A program made the translations under genes and the position numbers. From NCBI RefSeq assembly GCF_009914755.1, contig NC_060936.1: 64,000 nt of DNA; one strand, given 5' to 3'. The notes beneath the pieces were generated by a model, which was not told where the DNA came from, searched no databases, and saw only the letters and a list, made by a program, of their open reading frames with translations. The stretch is from the human T2T-CHM13v2.0 reference genome, Homo sapiens. The number at the start of each line of letters is the position of its first letter. The stretch's first letter is position 1. Shown piece after piece: positions 1-43,491 of this stretch.

Positions 1-246
1 GAGAAAGAAAACAGGACAGCCAACTGGCAAGAAAAGTCAACACCGCCCTGCTTTTACCTTAAAAGTAGAGATCACAAAATCAGCAACTCCAACTTTCATA
101 AACGCAAATCACTAAAACAGGTAAACTTGCAGGTGCTCTCGCGAATCAGCTGGTAAGACACTTCCCCATCTCTCATTTAGAGAGTTTGCGAACAAGTACT
201 CTTCAACCTCCCAAAACCAAACACCCCCACACACACAAAAAAAGCC

Positions 247-259
247 TCTGTTGTTCAAC
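247..259 (-). terminator. snRNA 3' box of the U4 gene
   Basis: Minus strand reads GTTGAACAACAGA starting 11 nt past the mature U4 3' end; resembles the 3'-box consensus GTTYN0-3AAARNNAGA in sequence and position. Confidence 0.8.
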
Positions 260-270
260 TGCAAAAAATT

Positions 271-414
271 CAGTCTCCGTAGAGACTGTCAAAAATTGCC
301 AGTGCCGACTATATTGCAAGTCGTCACGGCGGGGTATTGGGAAAAGTTTTCAATTAGCAATAATCGCGCCTCGGATAGACCTCATGGGCTACGATACTGC
401 CACTGCGCAAAGCT
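271..414 (-). ncRNA. RNU4-1: U4 spliceosomal snRNA gene (RNU4-1 type)
   Basis: Reverse complement is AGCTTTGCGCAGTGGCAGTATCGTAGCC(C)ATGAGGTCTATCCGAGGCGCG...AATTTTTG(Sm site)ACAGTCTCTACGGAGACTG, 144 nt. C37, G88, C99 and C113 are the bases I recall distinguishing RNU4-1 from RNU4-2. PSE, DSE and 3' box present, so a true gene rather than a retrocopy. Confidence 0.96.
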
Positions 415-455
415 AATTTGTTACGCCCCCTGCTCATCACTCCCAATAAGCCAGC

Positions 456-476
456 TTCCTATTTCGCAAAGGTGAG
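456..476 (-). promoter_or_regulatory. Proximal sequence element (PSE, SNAPc site) of the U4 gene
   Basis: Minus strand CTCACCTTTGCGAAATAGGAA at about -62 to -42 from U4 +1; TCACC core at the expected position; no TATA, as for Pol II snRNA genes. Confidence 0.85.
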
Positions 477-612
477 TTTAGGGCCTATGGAAAAATCTTC
501 ACTTATTGCTTGCTTGAAAATTATACAATCATAGAAAGATGTTTGTGACCTGCGTAGGTGGTTTCTGCATATCGTTGCTGATTTCACTTAGCTAGGTTTT
601 TGTTGATATGAA

Positions 613-641
613 GCAAAGCACTATGGGAGGAACATGCTAAT
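613..641 (-). promoter_or_regulatory. Distal sequence element: SPH (ZNF143/Staf) site plus variant octamer
   Basis: Minus strand CCTCCCATAGTGCTTTGC (613-630, Staf-like) next to ATGCTAAT (634-641, one mismatch to ATGCAAAT), about -200 to -227 from U4 +1. Confidence 0.8.
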
Positions 642-779
642 AGACTTAATTCAGAGACTGCGAAGGGCTTTTGAGAGAAAAGGGATCAAAATCAGGGTTC
701 TGTTCACTTGGCTCCAGATTCAGTGTAACAGACTTCTCCAAAGACGATTATTGTTTTGTCTTTTTTCTTTTTCAAACTT

Positions 780-4530
<3,751 letters not shown>

Positions 4531-5110
4531 AGAGAGAAAAAGACTAAAGCCCTAATCCTAATCCCATGAGGGTATCAAAGGAACTTCCTAGCCCTTGAGA
4601 ATTCTAGAATGGGTGGCCCATTACACTCTCTCAGTAGCTATCAAGTGAAATTGTGTGTTTCACCAGCTGACTTGGATGACAAAAAAAAAAAGAAATAGAA
4701 ACAAAGCATACAAAAATTAAAAAAGAAAGAAAGAAAGAAAGAAAAAACAAAACAAAACAAAAAAGACTTGGATGACTTCACCGTCCAGGGATGATTTTCC
4801 AGCACTATGAGAAAAATTGAAAACTCAGCTAACTTTTCCTCAGAGCATGAGATTTTTGGGGGCCTAGAAGCACAATAGAATTCCCAACCAATCTCTATTA
4901 GTGATGATCATTCCACTTGGAGAACTGAAAAAATAACCTAGGTTTGAACTTTTTCATAGTAAAATTGGTGAATGGGGAAGGAGAATGTCACTGTTCTCAC
5001 ATTTTTAAAAGTTATGATCAAATACCCAGAAAATGTGTGCAGAAAATGTGCTGGATTATAATTTTTAAATTTTGGGGGGGATTATAATTTTTTTGACAAC
5101 GAAAATTTCA

Positions 5111-9355
<4,245 letters not shown>

Positions 9356-9399
9356 TTAAAAGCTTTTATATTAACGGGGGAACCTCTGACCAGAAAGAG

Positions 9400-9520
9400 C
9401 CGACAGGGGGCGTTCCTGGATGATCTGGGGCTGTCAATTGCGAGACGCGGAGGATTGTGGGACTTGTGGTTTTTCTCGCATCATTTAAGCTTTCTGGACT
9501 ACATGTCCCAAAATGCAAAT
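9400..9520 (+). promoter_or_regulatory. SIRT4: SIRT4 promoter with ZNF143/THAP11-type ACTACAnnTCCCA motifs
   Basis: GGACTACATGTCCCAAAATGCA (9496-9517, plus) and AACCACAAGTCCCACAATCC (9452-9471, minus); local CpGs; directly before exon 1. Confidence 0.7.
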
Positions 9521-9572
9521 GCAATCAGACGGTCCCACTGTGGGGTGTGAAGTGTCCGTAGAGCTGTGAGAG
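9515..9572 (+). other. SIRT4: SIRT4 non-coding exon 1 (5' end approximate)
   Basis: Strong donor GAG|GTAAGT at 9572/9573; unique sequence ~1.2 kb before the ATG-bearing exon. Confidence 0.75.
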
Positions 9573-9802
9573 GTAAGTGTGTTCTGTGTGTGCTGCGGAT
9601 TTCTAGAAGTTGTGGATTTCTTGTGAGGGATTCTATTTCTCCTCTTTGCCCTCGGTGGGACCTGGAAGAGAGTAGTTGTTCCACTGATGCACGTTTTCAG
9701 CGGGGGTTTCCCCTGACCCTTTGGTCTCGGGAAACCGGACTGTGTGTTTGTTCAGCTGTTCACGTTTTGCTGTGGAATGTCAAGGAGAAAGCGGGGTCCT
9801 GA

Positions 9803-11252
<1,450 letters not shown>

Positions 11253-11470
11253 GTGCAGGAGCTGTACACGGTTTGAACGCAAACCCGTGTGTTGTTTTGG
11301 GAGAGTAGGGACCTTGGCTGTCTTGATCACCACAGTCTTAGACCTTGAGAAAAGGATTTCAGAGCAAGTTGTTTATTTTGCAGTTGATTCCAGTAAATTC
11401 ATTGACGGAGCAAGGATGTAAAACAGGAAAGAGAGGAAAGCCAAGAAAGTGTGTGTTAATGAGTGGGTTA

Positions 11471-19490
<8,020 letters not shown>

Positions 19491-19640
19491 TAGAAAGTAT
19501 GGCTAAAATGGGGTGGGGATTGTGTGTTAGGGAAAGAAAGCAGCGATGGAAGGGCTGAAAATGGTTGGAGATGAAACGTCTCTGACAGCTTTGTGCCTCC
19601 CAAGGGCATACTGTTCAGTCAGCGTCTTCCTTGGTTCCAG

Positions 19641-19935
19641 GGTCCTGTGCTTGGATTGTGGGGAACAGACTCCCCGGGGGGTGCTGCAAGAGCGTTTCCA
19701 AGTCCTGAACCCCACCTGGAGTGCTGAGGCCCATGGCCTGGCTCCTGATGGTGACGTCTTTCTCTCAGAGGAGCAAGTCCGGAGCTTTCAGGTCCCAACC
19801 TGCGTTCAATGTGGAGGCCATCTGAAACCAGATGTCGTTTTCTTCGGGGACACAGTGAACCCTGACAAGGTTGATTTTGTGCACAAGCGTGTAAAAGAAG
19901 CCGACTCCCTCTTGGTGGTGGGATCATCCTTGCAG
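19641..19935 (+). CDS. SIRT4: SIRT4 exon 3 (zinc-binding subdomain)
   Basis: TTCCAG|G GTC CTG TGC; encodes VLCLDC...[19 protein letters not shown]...LLVVGSSLQ (two Cxx[13 protein letters not shown]); donor CAG|GTATCT; 295 nt keeps frame. Confidence 0.97.
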
Positions 19936-20068
19936 GTATCTGACTTGGCAAGAGTGGTAACCACCCCTTGTGCGGGATTGGGAGTCCTGGAGAGACACCC
20001 TGTTTGGTTTAACTTTTTCTAGATCTAGAGAACCTAGACATTCTTATGTGTGTCTTTTCTCCGTGCAG

Positions 20069-20221
20069 GTATACTCTGGTTACAGGTTTATCCTCACTGC
20101 CTGGGAGAAGAAGCTCCCGATTGCAATACTGAACATTGGGCCCACACGGTCGGATGACTTGGCGTGTCTGAAACTGAATTCTCGTTGTGGAGAGTTGCTG
20201 CCTTTGATAGACCCATGCTGA
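20069..20221 (+). CDS. SIRT4: SIRT4 exon 4 (last coding exon)
   Basis: CCGTGCAG|GTA TAC; [50 protein letters not shown]; CDS 497+295+153=945 nt = 314 aa + stop. Confidence 0.97.
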   Translation, partial: VYSGYRFILTAWEKKLPIAILNIGPTRSDDLACLKLNSRCGELLPLIDPC

Positions 20222-20405
20222 CCACAGCCTGATATTCCAGAACCTGGAACAGGGACTTTCACTTGAATCTTGCTGCTAAATGTAAATGCCTTCTCAAATG
20301 ACAGATTCCAGTTCCCATTCAACAGAGTAGGGTGCACTGACAAAGTATAGAAGGTTCTAGGTATCTTAATGTGTGGATATTCTTAATTAAAACTCATTTT
20401 TTTTA

Positions 20406-20411
20406 AATAAA
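20406..20411 (+). terminator. SIRT4: SIRT4 polyadenylation signal AATAAA
   Basis: AATAAA ~185 nt after the stop codon; an ATTAAA also at 20386-20391. Confidence 0.8.
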
Positions 20412-20426
20412 AAATTGTTCAGCTTT

Positions 20427-23870
<3,444 letters not shown>

Positions 23871-24499
23871 AAAAATAGAAAAAGATTACAAATCAAGGCT
23901 TGCTTAATGTAATAAAGACTTTCTCAAGAAAAATTAAAGTGCATTATCCTTTCCTCTCCTTCCCCTTAGGAAAACAGTATTTATCGAACATTTACTATAC
24001 AACAAGCACTTAGGAAGCATTTACACAACATATTTGGACACTTAATTCCCACAACCCTATGATAAGAGCACTATTATTTCGGGTAACCTGCCCAAGGTCA
24101 CCAAGAGGGTGACTAGGCCAGGAATGAAGGCCAGTCTGTCCAGTTCTGAGTTCGCTCTCGGACTTTCTGCTGTAGAAACCCGGTGGGGTAACAGCAGCTG
24201 TACCTGCGGAAGAAGGACAAAGCTCAAGAAACTTCCAGAAGTGACCCAGGCTGGGTTCTGAAAGATGAACATGCCTTCACGAGGTAGGAAAAGGGAGGAA
24301 ACCACTCATGCAAAAAGCATGGCTGTTACACCACCAAATCTCTTCGGTTTTTTTTTTCCCTTCAATGTGGGGGTGGAAATTTAAGTGTAGATTTGGGGCG
24401 CCTCAGAGGCCTGTGGCTCGCCCAACATCCCCTTGCCTCTCTGCTTGGCCACCTCTCCTCTCAGCTCCCCTTTGTTCCCTGCACCCCACTTTCCCTACC

Positions 24500-25060
24500 C
24501 CCTAATCCGTCCCCGGGATAAAAGCAATGCAGGCGATGCCCACAGGAAACCGGCAGGAGGAGCTGGGTGACAGGGAAGAGCGACCCGGAGAGTCACATCC
24601 ACGTGAGTTCGCCCTCTTTTCACACTCTAGCGCCCATTCTGTCCTTCCTGCTGGATTCTGGCTCAGGAGAAGAGCGCCGCCAGGACCCCAGGAAGCTGCA
24701 GACAGGAGCCGCTGACACCTCCACCTCACGCGGACGCCACCTAGTGTGACCATTACCAGCCACTGCGCCTGCGCAGACTCGGGTTTTCTGTGCGCGCCAG
24801 AGGGGCGGGGCCTGGGCCGGGAAGGGGCAGAAGTAGACCGACGGCTGGGCCGCCATTCACCAATAGAAAAGAGAGATCGAGAGCCACGTGCTCATAAGAT
24901 ATCCAATCACAATCACATCCTGTGGCGGCGGATTGGGGGGCGTGGACTAGAGGTTGATCGGGTTGGGCACACAGCATCACGTGACACGAAAAGGTAAATA
25001 AGGCCACGTGGCTTTTTCTCCTTGGCTTCGGCGAAACATTACGTCACACTACCGTCTCTG
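24500..25060. promoter_or_regulatory. Orphan CpG-rich promoter-like element
   Basis: Non-repeat, CpG-rich; NRF1 TGCGCCTGCGCA 24764-24775, GC box 24802-24811, CCAAT at 24860, 24903 and 24932 (reverse), CACGTG at 24600, 24885, 24978 and 25005, CRE-like TTACGTCA 25039, CTCF-like CGCCACCTAGTG 24735-24746. Confidence 0.7.
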
Positions 25061-25319
25061 AACAATTATTTAATGAACTTATGTGATGCGCTAGACAATG
25101 TGAAGACAATGCGGTTGCTAGAAATTGTAATCTCTCCATCAAATTACTCTGTCCAGCTTATTTCCTTGTTTCTTCATTCAAATCATCCTAGACATTCAAC
25201 TAGTTTTCCGTATCCTACTTTCATACAAATGCTCATTTAAAGATAATTAAGGGAATTTATTCTCTCTTTCCCAAGCCTTGATAATGAAAAAGAGGTAGGT
25301 TATTTTGTTGTTGGTTTTT

Positions 25320-29240
<3,921 letters not shown>

Positions 29241-29311
29241 AGTAGGCAGAGACCTAGTTTATAGACAGAGAATAAAACAATATCCAAACATGAGGTCTTT
29301 CAACAAGGTGC

Positions 29312-29317
29312 TTTATT
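29312..29317 (-). terminator. PLA2G1B: PLA2G1B polyadenylation signal
   Basis: TTTATT on plus (AATAAA on minus), ~55 nt after the stop codon. Confidence 0.85.
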
Positions 29318-29372
29318 GGAGAGTACAGTGTGAGATGAGGCAGATAGAGGTGATGCTTTTGAGAGGTGATAT

Positions 29373-29497
29373 TCAACTCTGACAATACTTCTTGGTGTCC
29401 AGGTTCTTGTGTGCCTTGTTATATGGAGCTTTTGAAAAGCAGATGGCAGCGTTGCGGTCGCAGTTGCAAATGAAGGCCTCACACTCTTTGTTTTTGC
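29373..29497 (-). CDS. PLA2G1B: PLA2G1B exon 4 (pancreatic group IB phospholipase A2, C-terminus)
   Basis: CTCCAG|GC AAA AAC; (S)[40 protein letters not shown] with the CNCD catalytic Asp motif; CDS 34+160+128+125=447 nt = 148 aa + stop. Confidence 0.97.
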
Positions 29498-29609
29498 CTG
29501 GAGAGGGATGAAAGGAGAGGACTGAGCCAAGGTGGACCCTGTTTTGTACAATCTGGGGCAAGAAGAATTAACTGGAATAAGCTGGCAGCCATTCCACTGA
29601 TGCACATTT

Positions 29610-29762
29610 AGGGCTGACAGATTAAGTGAATACAAGTACATCAGGATGCCCAGTTAAATTTGACTTTCAGATAAACAATGAATGCAATATTTGGGACATA
29701 TACCCCCCAAAAAATTATCCATTGCTTATCTGAAAGTCATATTTATCTGGGCATCCTGTGTA

Positions 29763-29765
<3 letters not shown>
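29610..29765. mobile_element. MER53-like palindromic DNA-transposon MITE
   Basis: 39-nt inverted arms at 29642-29680 and 29720-29758 with MER53-type text (cagttaaatttga.tttcagataaacaa); right end cut by an Alu. Confidence 0.75.
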
Positions 29766-32752
<2,987 letters not shown>

Positions 32753-33040
32753 CTAGAAAATGACACGTGGATAGTTGCTGTGATGTTTACTGTTGCTACA
32801 TTCTGCCACTGGAGGGAAGCATCGCCCACTGTTTTGCACGTCGGTCATTGTTTCCATCTCTAACGGGGTGCGTTCGCTACAGGGTCCTCTTGGAACATAT
32901 TTGTTTATTTGACAAGAGGTGAAAATATGTTATCCTTAGCAGATATGCAAGTCCCCTTTGTATGCCTCGTGAGATCCTTGGCGTGTGCCCCACCCCGCCC
33001 CCGGCAGGCACTCCAATTTTCCTGCAGGCGGATCACTTAC

Positions 33041-33200
33041 TTGTCCAGTTCATCCACGGGGGTGCCTGAGCCCCCCAAGCCACAGTAGCAGCCGTAGTTG
33101 TTGTATTCCAAGAAGGGGTCACTCCCCGGGATCACGCACTTGATCATTTTGCGGAACTGCCACACGGCCCGAGGGCTGATGCCGCTGTCGGCGGCGGCCA
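33041..33200 (-). CDS. PLA2G1B: PLA2G1B exon 2 (propeptide, N-terminal helix, Ca2+-binding loop)
   Basis: TTGCAG|TG GCC GCC GCC GAC; [52 protein letters not shown]; donor AA|GTAAGT. Confidence 0.97.
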
Positions 33201-33755
33201 CTGCAAGAAGACATAGCCAGAGTTCAAATCGGTCTGCCAGCACCCCGGGGACACACTGCCTTCCTGCTCCCTCGGGTCCCACGCTGCCTCCCTGACCCCT
33301 GCCAGCTGCCTCCTCTGAAGACCGTTGGACCCAGGAACCTGGTAAAGTGAAAGTGGGTAGAGGTTTTTTTTTTTTTTAATGAAAACTTTATATATATAAA
33401 GTTTATATCTTTGTGTGTGTGTATATATATATATATCTTCTTCTTTTTCTTCTTCTTCTTCTTCTGGGACCCTACCGCCTCAGCTAGGATTACAGGCATG
33501 TGCCACCCAGCTAGGCCTGATAGTTTTTTTTTTTTTTTTGAGATGGAGTCTTGCTCTGTTGCCCAGGTTGGAGTGCAGTGACACGATTTCAGCTCACTGC
33601 AAACTCTGCTTCCCGGGTTCACGCCATTCTCCTGCCTCAGCCTCCCTAGGTCAGATAGTTTTAAACTATCTGCACTGTTTATCCAGTGAATATTTATTGA
33701 GCACTTACTATGTGCCAGGCTCTGTCCTAGGAGCTAGAGATACAGCAGTGAACAG

Positions 33756-33757
<2 letters not shown>

Positions 33758-33801
<44 letters not shown>
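33758..33801 (+). repeat. (AAT)n microsatellite in PLA2G1B intron 1
   Basis: About 14 perfect AAT units within an L2 remnant. Confidence 0.9.
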
Positions 33802-33983
33802 CTCTAACCTCATGGAGCTTACAACCTAGTGGGAGAGAAAAACAATAAATAATAAATGTGATAAGGCCGGGCACGGTGGCTCATGCCTGTAATCCCAGCA
33901 CTTTGGGAGGCCGAGGCAGGCGGATCACAAGGTCATGAGATCGAGACCATCCTGGCTAACACGATGAAACCCCGTCTTTATTA

Positions 33984-34199
<216 letters not shown>

Positions 34200-34895
34200 T
34201 TAGAAAGGGGAAGAATAGAGCAGGATGAGGAGAATCTAAAAGGGAGGTCACCCAGCCTGGCCAACATGGTGAAAACCTGTCTCTACCAAAAAAAACACAC
34301 AAAAAATTAGCTGGGCATGGTGGTGTGTGCCAGCTACTTGAGAGCTACAAGTCCCAGCTACTTGAGAGGCTGAGGCAAGAGAATTATTTGAACCCAGGAG
34401 ATGGAGGTTGTAGTGATCTGAGATCACGCCACCGCACTCCAGCCTGGGCGACAGAGTGAGCCCCGTCTCAAAAATAAAATAAAGTAAAATAAAAATAAAA
34501 ATTAAAATAAAATAAAATAAATGGGAGATTGGCCTAACTACTTAGTTGAGTAAGGTGGGAGGATCACTTGAGCCCACGAGTTGGAAGCTGTGGTGAGCTA
34601 TGATCATGCCACTGAACTCCAGCCTGGGTGATAGAGCAAGACCCTGTCTGGAAAAAAGAAAATAAAGGCAAGCTTTCTTAGCTCAGGCAATCTGAGTTCA
34701 GACTTGCAGGTTGAAAAAGTGCCAGCCTTGAGGGAACCCCAATAGAGGAGCCCTTAAGCCCCACTGGGAACCTCGAATTGAGACTGCGGGGCTGGCCATC
34801 CCTGTTTGCTGTGGCCTGTGGCCCCCATTCCAGAGGAGTGAGATCTTAGCTCACTTGGGAGAGAAAGGCGGGTGGAGCCGGGGAGACTTGCCTAC

Positions 34896-34929
34896 CTGTG
34901 AGCAGCACAGCTAGCACAAGGAGTTTCAT
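34896..34929 (-). CDS. PLA2G1B: PLA2G1B exon 1 coding part (signal peptide)
   Basis: ATG AAA CTC CTT GTG CTA GCT GTG CTG CTC ACA G|GTAGG = MKLLVLAVLLT; 5'UTR to about 34965. Confidence 0.96.
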
Positions 34930-34978
34930 CTTGCAGTCAAGGTGAGAAAAGAACTGAGATGACCAGTCTCAGGTATAG

Positions 34979-35017
34979 TCTTATAGTCAGTCTCCACACA
35001 ACCCTGCCCAGATAAGG
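34979..35017 (-). promoter_or_regulatory. PLA2G1B: PLA2G1B core promoter (TATA-like box, GATA site)
   Basis: Minus-strand CTATAAGA at 34979-34986, ~50 nt before the ATG; AGATAAG at ~35010-35016. Confidence 0.6.
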
Positions 35018-35304
35018 CTGGAGTGTTTGCTTTGCTCTTGGCTGAGTTTGGGGCTGGCCTTGAATCTGTCTGTTGCAGGAATGACCCTGACGATTTGCCA
35101 GCATGGGATCACTGGAAAATATGTTATGCATTTGTCCTTAGCAACTGTTAACCAAAGGGATGGTTTCTGGAGTTTTCAGATCTTACAATCTTGACCCTCA
35201 TACCCACCACTTTGTACTCAGCCCAGCTTCACGGGCTGGTTGGGGAAAGCAAAGCCGTCAGTTCAGTCGGACGCTGGGATAAGGGAGACAAGAAGGAAGT
35301 GCAG

Positions 35305-41927
<6,623 letters not shown>

Positions 41928-42488
41928 TTACTGGGTGTTATTATGCTTTAAAACTCAAATATACTATATATTTTTTCTCTTCTTTTTTTTTTTTTTTGAG
42001 AACACCATGGGGGAAAACGCCCCCATAATCCAATCACCTTCCACCAGGTCCTTTCTTCCACACTTGGGGAATACAATTTGAGATGAGATTTTGGTGGGAA
42101 AACAGAGCCAAACCATATCATTCCTCCTTGGCTCCTCCCAAATCTTATGTCCTTTTCACATTTCAAAATCAATCATGCCTTCCCCACAGTCCTCCAAAGT
42201 CTTAATTCATTCCAGCAATAACCCAAAAGTCCAAGTTTAAAGTCTCATCTGAGACAAGGTAAGTCCCTCCACCTATGAGTCTGTAAAATAAGAAACAAGT
42301 TGGTTACTTCCAAGAAACAACGCAGATACAGGCATTGGGTAAATGTTCCCATTCCAAATGAGAGAAATTGGCCAAAACAAAGGGGTCACAGGCCCCATGC
42401 AAGTCCGAAACCCAGCAGTGCGGTCATTAAACCTTAAAGCTCTGAAATGATCTCCTTTGACTGCATGTCTCACATCCAGGGCACACTG

Positions 42489-43491
42489 TGTGGGCGACAA
42501 GCCACCCAGGCGCCGAGGCAAGAGACTGAGGACATGAGCTGTTCCAGTATAATAAAATATAAAACAAGAATAGTTATACTAGATATAGATCTTAGATATG
42601 ATTATATATGAATATCAATAATCATTAGTTGGTAGCAATGACTCTTTATTCCAATATTATAATAATCCTCGCTCTATAATCATAACTTAGGAAAAACCAG
42701 ACCATGCAGAGATGGGAGCTGAGGGGACATAGTGAGGTGTGACCGGAAGACAAGAGTGCGAGTCTTCTGTTATGCCCGGACAGGGCCACCAGAGGGCTCC
42801 TTGGTCTAGCGGTAACGCCAGTGTCTGTGAAGACGCCCGTTGCCAGGTGGACCGTGGTCTAGTGGTAGCATAAGTGTCAAGGGAAAACACCCACTGCTTA
42901 GCAGACCGGGAAAGGGAGTCTCCCTTTCCCTGGGGGAGTTTAGAGAAGACTCTACTCCTCCACCTCTTGTGGAGGGCCTGACATTAGTCAGGCTCGCCCA
43001 TGGTTATCTGGAGGCCTAACCGTCTCCCTGTGATGCTGTGCTTCAGTGGTCACGCTCCTAGTCCGCCTTCATGTTCCATCCTGTACACCTGGCTCTGCCT
43101 TCTAGATAGCAGTAGCAAATTAGTGAAAGTACTAAAAGTCTCTAATAAGCAGAAACAATGGCGTAAGCTGTCTCTCTCTCTCCCTCTCTCTCTCTGCCTC
43201 GGCTGCCAGGCAGGGAAGGGCCCCCTGTCCAGTGGACACGTGACCCACGTGACCTTACGTATCATTGGAGATGACTCGCACTCTTTACCCTGCCCCTTTT
43301 GCTTTGTATCCAATAAATAACAGTGCAGCCAGACATTCAGGGCCACTACCGGTCTCCGTGACTTGGTGGTAGTGGTTCCCCGGGCCCAGCTGTCTTTTCT
43401 TTTATCTCTTTGTCTTGTGTCTTTATTTCTACACTCTCTCGTCTCTGCACATGGGGAGAGACCCACTGACCCTGTGGGGCTGGACCCTACA
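42489..43491 (+). mobile_element. Solo ERVK-class LTR (LTR13-like), ~1.0 kb
   Basis: TGTGGGCGACAAGCCACCCAGGCGCCGAGGCAAGAGAC ... CCCTGTGGGGCTGGACCCTACA; TG...CA ends; TSD CACTG at 42484-42488 and 43492-43496; internal AATAAA ~43312; removing it restores MaLR internal sequence. Confidence 0.85.

Noticed and set aside
1-270. Second U4 gene (RNU4-2)
   Set aside because: No second U4 copy in the window; from my knowledge of the locus it lies just beyond the left edge.
186-475. Plus-strand ORFs of 76 and 74 aa over the U4 gene
   Set aside because: Non-ATG starts, antisense to a structural RNA, no recognisable protein.
19546-20221. ORFs 19546-20022 and 19970-20221 as independent proteins
   Set aside because: SIRT4 exons 3 and 4 extended into intron sequence; the splice sites give a clean 314-aa product.
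24308-25240. Short ORFs across the orphan promoter
   Set aside because: Expected in GC-rich DNA; no recognisable domain or exon structure.
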